A DNA stretch of 42,586 nucleotides from Callorhinchus milii. Lineage: Eukaryota. Location of the stretch: contig NW_024705461.1 of NCBI RefSeq assembly GCF_018977255.1, positions 1 to 42,586 on the forward strand, given 5' to 3'. Positions 1 to 11,980 of this stretch are shown in pieces. The position numbers were made by a program, and so were the translations under genes. Under the pieces are notes generated by a model. It searched no databases. It saw nothing but the letters and a program-made list of their open reading frames with translations, and was not told where the DNA came from. Each line of letters starts with the position of its first letter. Position 1 is the stretch's first letter.

Positions 1-3000
1 ACTGCTCACACTCACACTCTCACACTCACTCTCACACTCTCACACACACTATCACAATCTCACACACTCTCGCACTCGCGCACTCACACTCACACATTCA
101 CACTCACACTCACACACTCTCACACTCACATTTACACACTCCCTCACACTCTCACACTCTCAGTCACACACTCACAGTCTCTCTCACACTCTCACACACT
201 CCCTCACACTTTCTCACACACTCTCACACTCACACACTCTCACAGTTTCTCACTCTCACAATCTCACACACTCACAAACTCTCAGTCTCTCACACTCACA
301 CACTCTCCCACTCTCTCCCACACACACTCTCGCACGCACACACTCACACACTCACTCTCAGTCTCTCACTCTCACACTCTGTCACACACTCTCTCTCACT
401 CTCTCACACTGTCTCTCTCACACTCACTCTCACACACTCTCTCTCTCACACTCTCACTCTCTCTCTCACTCTCTCTCTCTCACACTCTCTGTCACTCTCT
501 CACTCTCTCTCTCACTCTCTCACACATTCTCTCACTCTCTCACACTCTGACTCACACACTCTCACACACTCTCTCACTCACACACTCTCACATACTCAGT
601 CTCTCACACTCTCATCCTCTCACACACTCTCCCACTCTCTCTCACACTCTTACACACTCTCACACCCTCTCTTTCTCCTCACACACTCACACACACTCTT
701 TCACACTCACACACTCTCACAGTCACACACTCTCACACACACACACTCGCACATTCTCACAAACACACACAGTCTGTTACACTCACTCTCACACAATCTC
801 ACACTCACGCACACACACACACACTCACAGTCACACACTCTCACACACTCTCACAGTCTCTCTCACACACTCATACACTCCTCACACTTTCTCACACACT
901 CTCACACAAACACACTCACACTCTCACACTCACAATCGCTCTCACACACACTCTGTCACACATTCTCACAAACTCACACACTTACAGTCTATCACTCTCA
1001 CACACTCACACACACACTCTCACACACTCAGTCACACACACTCTCAGTCACACACTCACAGTCTCTCTCACACTCTCACACACTCCCTCACACTTTCTCA
1101 CACTTTCTCACACTCACACACACTCTCACAGTCACACACTCTCACACTCAGTCTCACACACTCTCACACACTCTCTCACTCACACACTCTCACATACTCA
1201 GTCTCTCACACTCTCATCCTCTCACACACTCTCCCACACTCTCTCACACTCTTACACACTCTCACACTCTCACACCCTCTCTCTTTCTCCTCACACACTC
1301 ACACACACTCTTTCACACTCACACACTCTCACAGTCACACACTCACACACTCTCACACACTCACACTCGCACATTCTCACAAACACACACACAGTCTGTC
1401 ACACTCACTCTCACACAATCTCACACTCACGCACACACACACACACACACACTCACAGTCACACACTCTCACACACTCTCACAGTCTCTCTCACACACTC
1501 ATACACTCCTCACACTTTCTCACACTCTTTCTCACACACACACTCTCACACACTCACACTCACACACTCTCATAGTCTCTCACACACTCCCTCACACTCT
1601 TTCTCACACACTCAGTCTCACTCACACACTCCCTCATACTCTCTCACACTCACAATCGCGCTCACACACACTCTGTCACACATTCTCACAAACTCACACA
1701 CTTACAGTCTATCACTCTCACACACACTCATTCACACACTCACACACTCACACACACACTCTCACACACTCTCAGTCACACACACTCTCAGTCACACACT
1801 CACAGTCTCTCTCACACTCTCACACACTCCCTCACACTTTCTCACACACTCTCACACTCACACACACTCAGTCACACACTCTCACAGTCTCTCTCACACA
1901 CTCCCTCACTCTTTCTCACACTCTCACACACTCTCACACTCACACACACTCATAGTCACACACTCACACACTCTCACAGTCTCTCTCACACACGCTCACA
2001 CTCCCTCACACTCTTTCTCATACTCACACTCTCACACTCACAATCGCTCTCACACACTCACACTCTGTCACACATTCTCACAAACACACACTTACAATCT
2101 ATCACTCTCACACTCACTCACACACACTCACGCACTCACACACTCACACTCACGCACACTCTCACAGTCACACTCACACACTCACTCTCACACACACTCA
2201 CATACACTCACACTCAAACACACACTCACACTCTCTCACACTCACAAACTCACAGACTCTCAGTCTCTCACACCCTCTCACTCTCTCACACACTCTCACA
2301 CACTCTTTCACACTCACACAGTCTCTCACACACTCACGCAATCTCACACTCACACTCATACACTCACTCTTTCTCACACACATACACACTCACAATCTCA
2401 CTCTCACAAACGCACACTCACAATCTATCGCTCACTCTCACACACACTCACACTCACACTATCACAGTCACACACTCTCACACCCTCTCACTCTTTCTCA
2501 CACACACACTGTCTCACTCTCACACTGTCTCACTCTCACACACTCTCATAAACTCACACACTCACAGTCTATCACTCTCACTCTCACACACTCATACGCA
2601 CTCACACACTTACACTCACACTCGCACACACTATCACAGTCACACACTCACACTCAGTCTCTCACACACTCACACTCTCACACACACTCACACACGCTCT
2701 CTCTCACACACACACTCTCACACACTATCAAACCATCTTACTTTTTCTCACACACTCAACACACTCTCACACTCACACACTCTCACTCACACACTCTCAC
2801 ACACACTCAGTCTCACCCTCACACACTTTTTCACACTCACACATTCTCACACACACGCTCTCACACACTCACATAAACTATCTCACACTCACACACTCAC
2901 TCTCTCACACTCACACTCTCTCACACTCACACACATTCTCACACACTTACACACTCACACACTCCCTCACACACTCTCACACATAAACTCTCACACACTT

Positions 3001-5287
3001 TCACCCTCTCACTCACACTTTTTCACACACACACTCACCCTCTCACACACACTCCCCCACACTCTCACACTCACACTCTCACACTCACTCTCACACTCTC
3101 ACTATCACAATCTCACACACTCGCACTCGCGCACTCACACTCAGACATTCACACTCTCACACTCACACACTCTCACACTCACATTTACACACTCCCTCAC
3201 ACACTCACACTCACAGTCACACACTCTCACACACTCACAGTCTCTCTCACACACACACACACTCCCTCACACTCTTTCTCACACACACTCTCACACACTC
3301 ACACTCACACACTCTCACAGTCTCTCACACACTCCCTCACACTCTTTCTCACACACTCACACACACTCACAGTCACACACTCTCACACACTCACAATCTA
3401 TCACTCACTCTCACACACACTCACACCCTCTCACTCTTTCTCACACACACACACTCTCACACTGACACACTCACACACACTCTCTCACCCTTTCACACTG
3501 TCTCTCACTCACACACTCTCACAAACTCACACACTCAATCTATCACTCTCACACTCACTCACACTCATACTCACACACTTACACTCACACTCATGCACAC
3601 TATCACAGTCACACACTCACACTCAGTCTCTCACACACTCACACTTTCTCACACACACACACACACACTCTCTCACACACTCACACACTCACACTATCAA
3701 ACCCTGTCTTACTCTTTCTCACACACTCAACACTCTCACACTGACACACATACACTCTCACACACACACACTCTCACTCACACACACTCAGTCTCACCCT
3801 CACACACTTTTTCACACACACTCACACATTCTCACACACACACGCTCACACACTCACATAAACTATCTCACTCACACACTCTCACATACTTACACACTCA
3901 CACACACCCTCTCACACACTCTCACACATAAACTCTCACACTTTCACCCTCTCATTCACACTTTTTCACACCCACACACTCACCCTCTCACACACACTCA
4001 CGCACACTCTCCCCCACACTCACACACTCTCACACTCTCACACTCTTACACACACTATCACAATCTCACACACTCTCACACACTCGCGCACTCTCACACA
4101 CACACACTCTCACACACTCACTCTGACAAACTCACACTCTCCCACTCTCTCTCACTCACACTCTCTCTCCTACACTCACTCTCTCATACTCACACTCTCT
4201 CAAACACTCTTACACACTCAGTCTCTCACACACACACACTCACACTCACAATCTCACACACTCTAACACTCACACACTTTCAGTTTCTCACACTCACTCT
4301 CACACTCACAATCTCACACACTCTCTAACACACATATTCAGTTTCCCCCACTCTTTCACACTCACACTCACAAACTCTGAGTCTCTCACACTCCCCCACA
4401 CACTCGCACTCACACTCTCAGTCTCTCGCTCTCTCACTCTCACACACTTAGACATTCTCTCACACACTCACAATCTCTCACACACTTTCACACTCGCACA
4501 CTCACACTCTCACACTCACACACACTCACCGTCGCTCGGACTCTCTCACACACTCTCACACTCTCACAAACTCACACTCACACACTCTCACACTCTCTCT
4601 CACTCACACTCTCATACACTCACTCTCTCTCACACTCACACACTCTCAAACACTCGTACACACTCAGTCTCACACTCACACACTCACAATCTCACACACT
4701 CTAACACACACACTCTCAGTTTCTCACTCTCACAATCTCACAATCACACACACTCTAACACTCTCACACACTCAGTTTCTCACACTCTTTCACACACACA
4801 CACAAACTCTCAGTCTCTCACACTCTCACACACTCCCACTCTCTCCCACACACTCTCTCGCACACACACACTCACACACTCACTCTCTCACTCTCACACA
4901 CTTAGACATTCTCTCACACACTCACAATCTCACACACTTTCACACTCACTGTCACGCACTTACTCTCACACTCACACTCACAAACTCAGTCTCACACACA
5001 CTATCTCACAAACTCACACTCACATTCTCACACACTCACATTCTCACACTCACATAAACACACTCACACACTCACTCACTCACTCTCTCACACTCACTCT
5101 CTCTCACTCTCTCTCTCACACTCTCACTCTCTCTCTCTCACTCTCTCTCTCTCACACTCTCTCTCTCACACTCTCTCTCACTCTCTCACTCTCTCTCTCT
5201 CTCACTCTCTCTCTCTCTCTCTCTCACACTCTCTCTCACTCTCTCACTGTCACTCTCTCTCTCTCTCTCTCACACTGTCACTCTCAG
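1..5287. repeat. Degenerate (CA)/(CT) low-complexity tract, intronic, with internal higher-order duplications
   Basis: 5.3 kb of cactca/cacaca/ctctca words, nearly devoid of G on +. It grades into a CT tract ending at the exon acceptor ctctcag (5281-5287). Confidence 0.95.
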
Positions 5288-5434
5288 GGTTGCCGTTCAT
5301 TTGAATGTGGACATCCAGGATATGTGAGTTCCGATCCCGAGACCTCGATCCATTATATCAGCCATCAACACCCGACCCACCCGCAGCTGTTCACTGTGGT
5401 CCGTCAGGCCTGTGTGAGGAGCCTGAGCTGTGAG
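5288..5434 (+). CDS. FLCN: Folliculin exon (human exon 5 equivalent), 147 nt, [49 protein letters not shown]
   Basis: cag| acceptor, |gtaagt donor, phase 0-0; SHQHP and [12 protein letters not shown] folliculin motifs. Confidence 0.97.
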
Positions 5435-5521
5435 GTAAGTCTCTCCCTCTCCCTCTCACACTCACTCCATCCCCAACACTCAAGTGTTGCTGGATGGAGG
5501 CTGGTGGAGTGAGGTGATGGC

Positions 5522-5895
5522 TTGGGGAGGGAGGGGAGGGAGCGGGAGGGAGGGCAGGGAGTGGGGCCGGGGGGAGGGCAGGGAGTAGGGCGGGGGGAGG
5601 GGGGGGCGGCTGGGAGGGCAGGGAGGGGGCGGGGGGGGAGGTGGGGCGGGGAGGGGGGGAGGGAGGGGGGGTGGGGCGGGGAGGGAGGGGGAGGTGGGGC
5701 GGGGAGGGAGGGGGTTGGGGGAGGGAGGGGGAGGTGGGGCGGGGAGGGTGGGGGAGGGAGGGGGAGGTGGGGCGGGGAGGGAGGGGGAGGTGGGGCGGGG
5801 AGGGAGGGGGAGGTGGGGCGGGGAGGGAAGGGGGGGGCAGGGAGGGGGGGCGAGGGGTGGAGGGGGGGCAGGGAGAGGGGAGGGGGGTGGGAGAT
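5522..5895 (+). repeat. G-rich degenerate minisatellite with G-quadruplex potential
   Basis: Dense G3-G7 runs; seven GTGGGGCGGG cores at about 5641, 5671, 5694, 5734, 5767, 5790 and 5813. Confidence 0.9.
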
Positions 5896-5925
5896 GGCTA
5901 ATGAGGAGATGGCTTGTTTTTGCAG

Positions 5926-6147
5926 GTTTGCCCAGGAAGGGAAGGTCCCATCTTTTTTGGGGATGAGCAGCACGGCTTTGTGTTCAGTCACACCTTCTTC
6001 ATCAAGGACAGTCTGGCCAGGGGGTTCCAGCGCTGGTACAGCATCATTGTGGTCATGATGGACAGGATCTACCTCATCAACTCCTGGCCTTTCCTCTTCA
6101 CCAACATCAGGAACCTCATCCTCCAGCTGCAAACCAAGGCTCTCCAG
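5926..6147 (+). CDS. FLCN: Folliculin exon (human exon 6 equivalent), 222 nt, [74 protein letters not shown]
   Basis: ttttgcag| acceptor, weak CAG|gtcatc donor, phase 0-0. Includes [11 protein letters not shown], which carries the RagC/D GAP arginine (human R164). Confidence 0.97.
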
Positions 6148-6149
6148 GT

Positions 6150-7100
6150 CATCCCTCTCTCTCTCTCCACCTCTCTCTCTTACATTTCCTCTCTCACACT
6201 CTCTCTCAATCTCTCACACTCCCCCCCTCTCTCTGACACACTCTATCTCACACTCCCTCTCTCTGACACTCCCTCTCTTTATCTCTCTCACACTGTCACT
6301 CTCTCTCATTATTTCTCTCTCCCCCACTCACGCAGAGAGATGTCTCTCTCACACACTCTCACACTCTTCCCCGGGTGTTTGAGAGAGGAATCTTACTCTC
6401 TCTCTCTGTCTCACACATGCTTTCGCTCACTCGCTCTCACAATAATAATCAATCTGTTTCTCACACACACTCTCTCTCACACACATTCATTCCCTCAAAA
6501 ATACTCTCCCTCTCATACACAGTATCTCACACACACTCTCTCACACACACTCTCTCACACACACTCTCACACACTCTCACACACACACTCTCACACAAAC
6601 ACACTCACACACATTCTCTCACACTCACACACACACTCGCTCTCACACACTCACACTCTCGCTCTCACACACACACACACTCTCTCACACACTCTCCCAC
6701 ACACACTCTATCTCACACACACACTCTATCTCACACACACACTCACACACACACACTTTCTCTCACACACTCTCTCTCACATACTCTCCCACACACACTC
6801 TATCTCACACACACACTCACATACTCAAACACACACACTCTCACACACAATCTCACACACAATCTCTCACACACACTCACACACACACGCACACCTTTTC
6901 TCCCACAAAAAAGTTCTCCCTCACACACACACAAACGCACTCTCACACACACACATACACACACACTCTCACACATACATTCACACACACACACTCACAC
7001 ACACTCTCACACGCACACTCTTTCACACACACATTCCCTCTCTCACACACACACTCTTTCTCCCTCAAAAACATTCTCCCTCTCTCATACACACTCTTTC
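6150..7100. repeat. CT/CA low-complexity tract
   Basis: Degenerate ctctca/cacaca repeats; the His/Thr/Leu/Ser ORFs here are compositional. Confidence 0.9.
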
Positions 7101-8690
7101 AACAACAACAACAGCAAGAAAATTACATGTGTATAGTGCCTTTCACGTCAAGAGGACATCCCAAGGCGCTGGACAGTGACAGCATTTTAGACCCGAGCTG
7201 GGGTCAGGGGGGGAGAAGGGAGGGGAGGGGAAGGGGGGTGACCGATGGGATGGTCGAAGAGGAGGGTTTTGAGGTGGAACTTGAAGGAGACTAAGGTTGG
7301 TGTGAGACGGAGTGATTCGGGGATGGAATTCCAGAGGTTGGGGCAGAGTGGCTGAAGCCTCTCCCACCAATGGTGGGGCGGGTGGGTCGGGGGACGTGGA
7401 GCAGGTCAGAGCCGGCTGAGCGGAGGGAGCGGATGGGTTGGTAGGGGGTTAGGAGGTCACGGGTGGGGTGGGTCGAGGCCATGGAGGGCTTTGTAGGATC
7501 TTGAACTGGATCCTTTGAAGGATAGGGAGCCAATGGAGTCGGGCAAGAATGAGGGAGATGGGGTCATGGAGTTTGGTGCTGGAGAGGACACGGGCTGCAG
7601 AGCTCTGGATTATCTGCAGCTGTGGAGGGAGGAGTTGGGAAGGCCGACACGCAGGCATTTGCATAGTCGAGTCTGGAGGTGATGAAGGCATGAACAAGAG
7701 TTTCAGTGCCTGAGGGGAGAGGTAGTGGCGGAGTCTGGTGATGTTACGGAGGTGAGGGAAGGCAGAGCGGGTCATGGCTTTGATGTGGGGGAGAAAAGAC
7801 AGTTGAGGTCGAACAAGACCCCCAGGTTCCTGACTGGCGATGAGTTGGTGAGTTGCAGTGGGCATCCATGGAGGTTGATGCTGCCAGAGCCTGAGGTGCG
7901 GAGGCGCTGGTGCGAGTCAATCAGGAGAGCCTTAGTCTTAATCACATTCAACTGTAGGAAATTTGCCCTCAGCCAGGACTTGGTGTCCGACAGACAGTCT
8001 GTCAGGACAGCAGTGGCCCTGGAGTCGAGGGTGGAGGCAGAAAGAGAGAATTGGTGCCATCCGCACACATGTGGAAGTTGACCCCATGTCTGTGGATGAT
8101 GTCCCCGAGGGGGAGCATATAGATATTAAAGAGGAGACAAGGACCGAGCCCTGGGGGACGGCAGACGTGACAGTGCGGGGGGTGGAGGAGAAACCATTGG
8201 AGGCAACAAAGCGGAGACGGTGAGAGAGATAGGAATCAAACCAGACAAGGGCAGGTCAGTGAAGATAATAATAATAATAAAATAATCCTTGCATTTGATA
8301 TAGCGCTTTTCAAATGCAAGGATTATTATTATTATGAAGTAAAGAGGAGAGGCGGTATATGAGGGTGGAGTGGTCGACAGTGTCGAAGGCGACAGAGAGG
8401 TCAAGGAGGACAGAGAGGCAGAGGGAGCCCTGATCACAGATGGTCAGAATGTCATTAGTGACTGTGACCCCCAGGGCTGTTTCCGGGCTGTGGGCAGCGC
8501 GGAGCCGGATTGGAGAGGTTTAAAGAGGGAATAGCGAGAGAGAAAGGAGCGGAGCCGGGACGCAATGACTCATTCCAGGACCTTGGAGAGGAATGGGAGG
8601 TTAGAGATGGGGAGGGAGCTGGAGAGGAGGGAGAGGGGTCCAGGGAAGGTTTTTTCAGGATTGGGGTAATGGCGGCTGTTTTTAGGGTTC
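7101..8690 (-). mobile_element. Degraded L2-type LINE (RT region to 3' tail)
   Basis: (AAC)n tail and the reverse complement of the shared ...gggacgtcc...cgtgaaaggcgctata 3' end at 7101-7180. Minus-strand fragments DCLSDTKSWLRANFLQLNVIKTKALLI and LARLHWLPILQRIQFKIL. Confidence 0.9.
8260..8339. mobile_element. Two head-to-head SINE/L2 3' tail fragments forming an 18-bp perfect inverted repeat, flanked by TGAAG direct repeats
   Basis: aataatccttgcatttga (8281-8298), 11-nt loop, tcaaatgcaaggattatt (8310-8327); tgaag at 8260-8264 and 8335-8339. Confidence 0.85.
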
Positions 8691-9670
8691 AGTTCCCACC
8701 CCACCTTTCACTATCTCTCTCTCATACACACAATCTCTCACTCTCTCTCTGTCTCTCTTGCTCTCTCTCCCCAGGTGTATGAGAGCAAGTGCTATGGCTC
8801 TCTCTGTCTCTCACTCTCTGTCTCTGTCTCACACTCTCTCACTCTCTCTCTGTCACTCACTTGTTCTCTCTCTCTGTCTCTCGTTCTCTCTCTGTCTCTC
8901 TCCCTCCGCAGGTGTATGAAAGCAAGTGCAATGGCTCTCACTCTCTCTGTCTCTCACTCTCACTCACTCGCTCTCACTCGCGCTCTCTCTCTTTCTCTCT
9001 CTCTCTGTCTCTCCCTCTCTCCCCAGGTGTATGAGAGCGAGTGCTGTGGCTCTCTCTCTCTCTGTCTCTCTCTCTCTGTCTCTGTCTCTTTCTCACTCTC
9101 TCTCAGTCTGTCACTCACTCTCTCTCTCTCTGTCTCTCACTCGCTCTCTCTCTCTGTCTCCCACTCTCTCTGTCACTCACTCGCTCTCTCTCTCTGTCTC
9201 ACTCTCTCTCTGTCTCTCTCTCTCCCCCTCCACAGGTGTATGAGAGTGAGTACTATGGCTCTCTCTCTGGCTCTCACTCTCTGTCTCTCACTCTCTGTCT
9301 CTCTGTCTCTTTCTCTCTCTGTCTCTCTCTCTTCCCAGGTGTATGAGAGCGAGTGCTATGGCTCTCTCTCTCTGTGTCTCACTCCCTCTCTCTCTCTCTC
9401 TGTCTCTGTCTCTCTCTCTCTCAGTCTCTCTCTCTCACTCTCTCTCTGTCTCTCACTCTCTCTCTCTCTCTCTGTGTCTCTCACGCTCTCTGTCTGTCAC
9501 TTACTCTCTGTGGCTCTCTCTCTCTCAATCTTTCTCTCTCTCTGTCTCTCACTCGCTCTCTCTCTTTCTGTCTCTCACTCTTTCTCTCTCTCTGTGTGTT
9601 TCTCACTCCCTCTCTCAGTCTCTCACTCTCTCTCTCCCCCTCCGCAGGTGTATGAGAGCGAGTGCTGTGG

Positions 9671-9703
<33 letters not shown>

Positions 9704-9807
9704 CCTCTCTCTCTGCCTCTCACTCTCTCTCTGTTACTCACTCGCTCTCTCACTCTCTCTGTCTCTCACTCTCACTGTCACTCACTCGCTCTCACTCGCG
9801 CTCTCTC

Positions 9808-9841
<34 letters not shown>

Positions 9842-9924
9842 CCCAGGTGTATGAGAGCGAGTGCTGTGGCTCTCTCTCTCTGTGTCTCACTCCCTCTCTC
9901 TTTCTCTCTCTGTCTCTGTCTCTT

Positions 9925-10735
9925 TGGGCTTTGGTGAGACCGCACTGAGAGTATTGTGTGCAGGTTTGGTTTCCTTATTTAAAAAGGACATACTTGCCCT
10001 CGAGGGGGTGCAGCGTAGATTCACTCAGTTAGTTCCTGGGATGAGGGGACTGACCTATGAGGAGAGGCTGAATAAACGAGGGCTGTATTCTCTATAGAGT
10101 ACAGAAGAATTAGGGGGGATCTTATTGAAACATATAATTCTTAAAGAGCTGATAAAGTAGACACTGAGGGTCTGTTTCCCCGGTGGGAGAATCTATAACC
10201 AGAGGTCACAGTCTGAAAATTAAGGGTCAGCCTTTTAGAACAGAGTTGAGGAAACATTTCTTCACTCAGAGGGTAGTGACTTTATGGGGATAGGGCGGGT
10301 AATCAGAGTTAGGTCTGAAGATCAGCCACGATCTTATCGAATAATAATAATAATAATAATCCTGGCATTTGATATAGCGTTTTTCACGTCGGGAGGACGT
10401 CCCAAAGCGCTTCACAGAACACACTGTAAAGTGAATTGACTGTATATTTGTGGGCGAACGCAGCAGCCAATTGCGCACAGCAATGTCCCACAAACAGTCG
10501 TGGATTGAAAATGACCAATTTATTATTGTATTGTTTTGGAGGATTATTATTAGGCTCTGTGTGGAGTAAGGAAACTTGCCCGAGGTTTGGCCCTCTGCCT
10601 GGAATTGAACTCAGGTCTCTAACTTGCAAAGCGAGTGCTCTAACCACTGAGCTACAGGACTCCACAGAATGGCGGGGCACAGGCTCGAGGGGCCGAATGG
10701 CCGACTCCTGCTCCTAATTCTTATGGTCATATGTC
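9925..10735 (+). mobile_element. CR1 LINE 3' fragment, interrupted by a SINE
   Basis: KKDILALEGVQRRFTQLVPGMRGLTYEERL is the CR1 ORF2 C-terminus. The 3' end ...gaatggcggggcacaggctcgaggggccgaatggccgactcctgctcctaattcttatg is typical of chondrichthyan CR1. Confidence 0.9.
10343..10666 (-). mobile_element. tRNA-derived SINE with Deu-like core and L2-type tail
   Basis: On minus: A box tagctcagtgg, B box gagttcaattcc, core gtgggacattgctgtgcgcaattggctgc, (ATT)n tail. GAAT duplicated at 10339-10342 and 10667-10670. Confidence 0.9.
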
Positions 10736-10896
10736 TCTCACACTCTCTGTCTGTCTCTCTCTCTGTCTTTCTCTCTCTCTCCTCAGGTGCATGAGAGCGA
10801 GTGCTATGGCTGTCTCTCTCACTGTCTCTCTGTCTCTCACTCTGTCTCCCCCTCTCTCTCAGTCTCTCACTCTCTCTCTATTTCTCTTTCTCTCTC

Positions 10897-10934
<38 letters not shown>

Positions 10935-11319
10935 TCATTCTCCCCTGGTGTATGAAAGCGAGTGTTATGGCTCTCTCACTCTCTCTCTCTCTCTGTGTCT
11001 CACTCGCTCTCTCTCTCTCTGTCTCTCACTCTCTCTCTCTCTGTCTCTCTCTCTCTCTCGCCGCAGGTATATGAGAGTGAGTGTTATGGCTCTCCCTCTC
11101 TCCCTCTCTCTCTCTCTCACTTTCTCTCTCTGTCTCTCACTCTCTCTGTCTCTCTCTCACTCTCTCTGTCACTCACTCTCTCTCTTTCTCTCTGTCACTC
11201 ACTCTCTCTGTCTCTCTCTCTGTCTCTCTCTCTGTCTCTCACTCTCTCTCTCTCCCTGTCTCTCTGTCTCTCTCTGTCTCTCTCTCTCTCGCCGGAGGTG
11301 TATGAGAGCAAGTGCTATG

Positions 11320-11357
<38 letters not shown>

Positions 11358-11980
11358 TCTCTCCGCAGGTGTATGAGAGCGAGTGCTATGGCTGTCTCTC
11401 TCTGTCTCTCTCTCTCTCGCCGGAGGTGTATGAGAGCGAGTGCAGTGGCTCTCTCTCTCTCTGACTCTCACTCTCTCTCTCACCACAGATGTATGAGAGC
11501 GAGTGCTGTGGCTCTCTCTCTTTCTGCCTCTCACTCTCTCTCACTGTCTCTCTCTCTCTCCCCAGGTGTATGAGAGCGAGTACTGTGGCTTTCTCTCTCT
11601 CTCTTTCTGTCTGTCTCTCTCTCTCCGCCGCAGGTATATGAGAGTGAGTGTTATGGCGCTCCCTCACTCTCTCTCTCACTTTCTCTGTCACTCACTCTCT
11701 CTTTCTCTTTCCCTCTCTCTCTCACTCGCTTTCTCTCTCTCGCTCTCTCTGTCACTCACTCTCTCTGTCTCTCACTCTCTCTCTCTCTGCAGGTGTATGA
11801 GAGCGAGTGCTGCGGCTCTCTCTCTCTCTGTCTCTCTCTCTCTCTTGCCACAGGTGTATGAGAGCGAGTGCTATGGCTCTCTCTCTGCCTCTCACTCTTT
11901 CTCTCTCTCTCTCTCTCTCTGTCTCTCACTGTCTCTCTCTCTCTCTCTCTGCCTCTCACTGTCTCTCTCTCTCTCCCCAG

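Larger units (their letters stand above)
8705..11980 (+). repeat. Array of 18 duplicated FLCN exon-7 acceptor units (CT tract + AG + GTGTATGAGAGCGAGTGCTATGG)
   Basis: Exon-like parts start at 8775, 8912, 9027, 9236, 9339, 9648, 9847, 10787, 10948, 11067, 11298, 11369, 11426, 11489, 11566, 11634, 11793 and 11854; the real exon starts at 11981. Confidence 0.95.

Noticed and set aside
1..5287. FLCN start exon or promoter
   Set aside because: No MNAIVALCHFCE-like coding sequence or CpG island in the window; the gene start lies upstream.
5404..6132. 242-aa Pro-rich antisense ORF and Gly-rich sense ORFs
   Set aside because: Translations of the G-rich intronic repeat and of the FLCN antisense strand.
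10628..10640. aaagcgagtgct in the SINE matching the array unit core
   Set aside because: A short match that is part of the SINE tRNA head in other copies; probably chance.
8775..11876. Mutually exclusive exon cluster (Dscam-like)
   Set aside because: Units hold only 23 nt of the exon and lack a phase-compatible donor, so they cannot replace the 167-nt exon.
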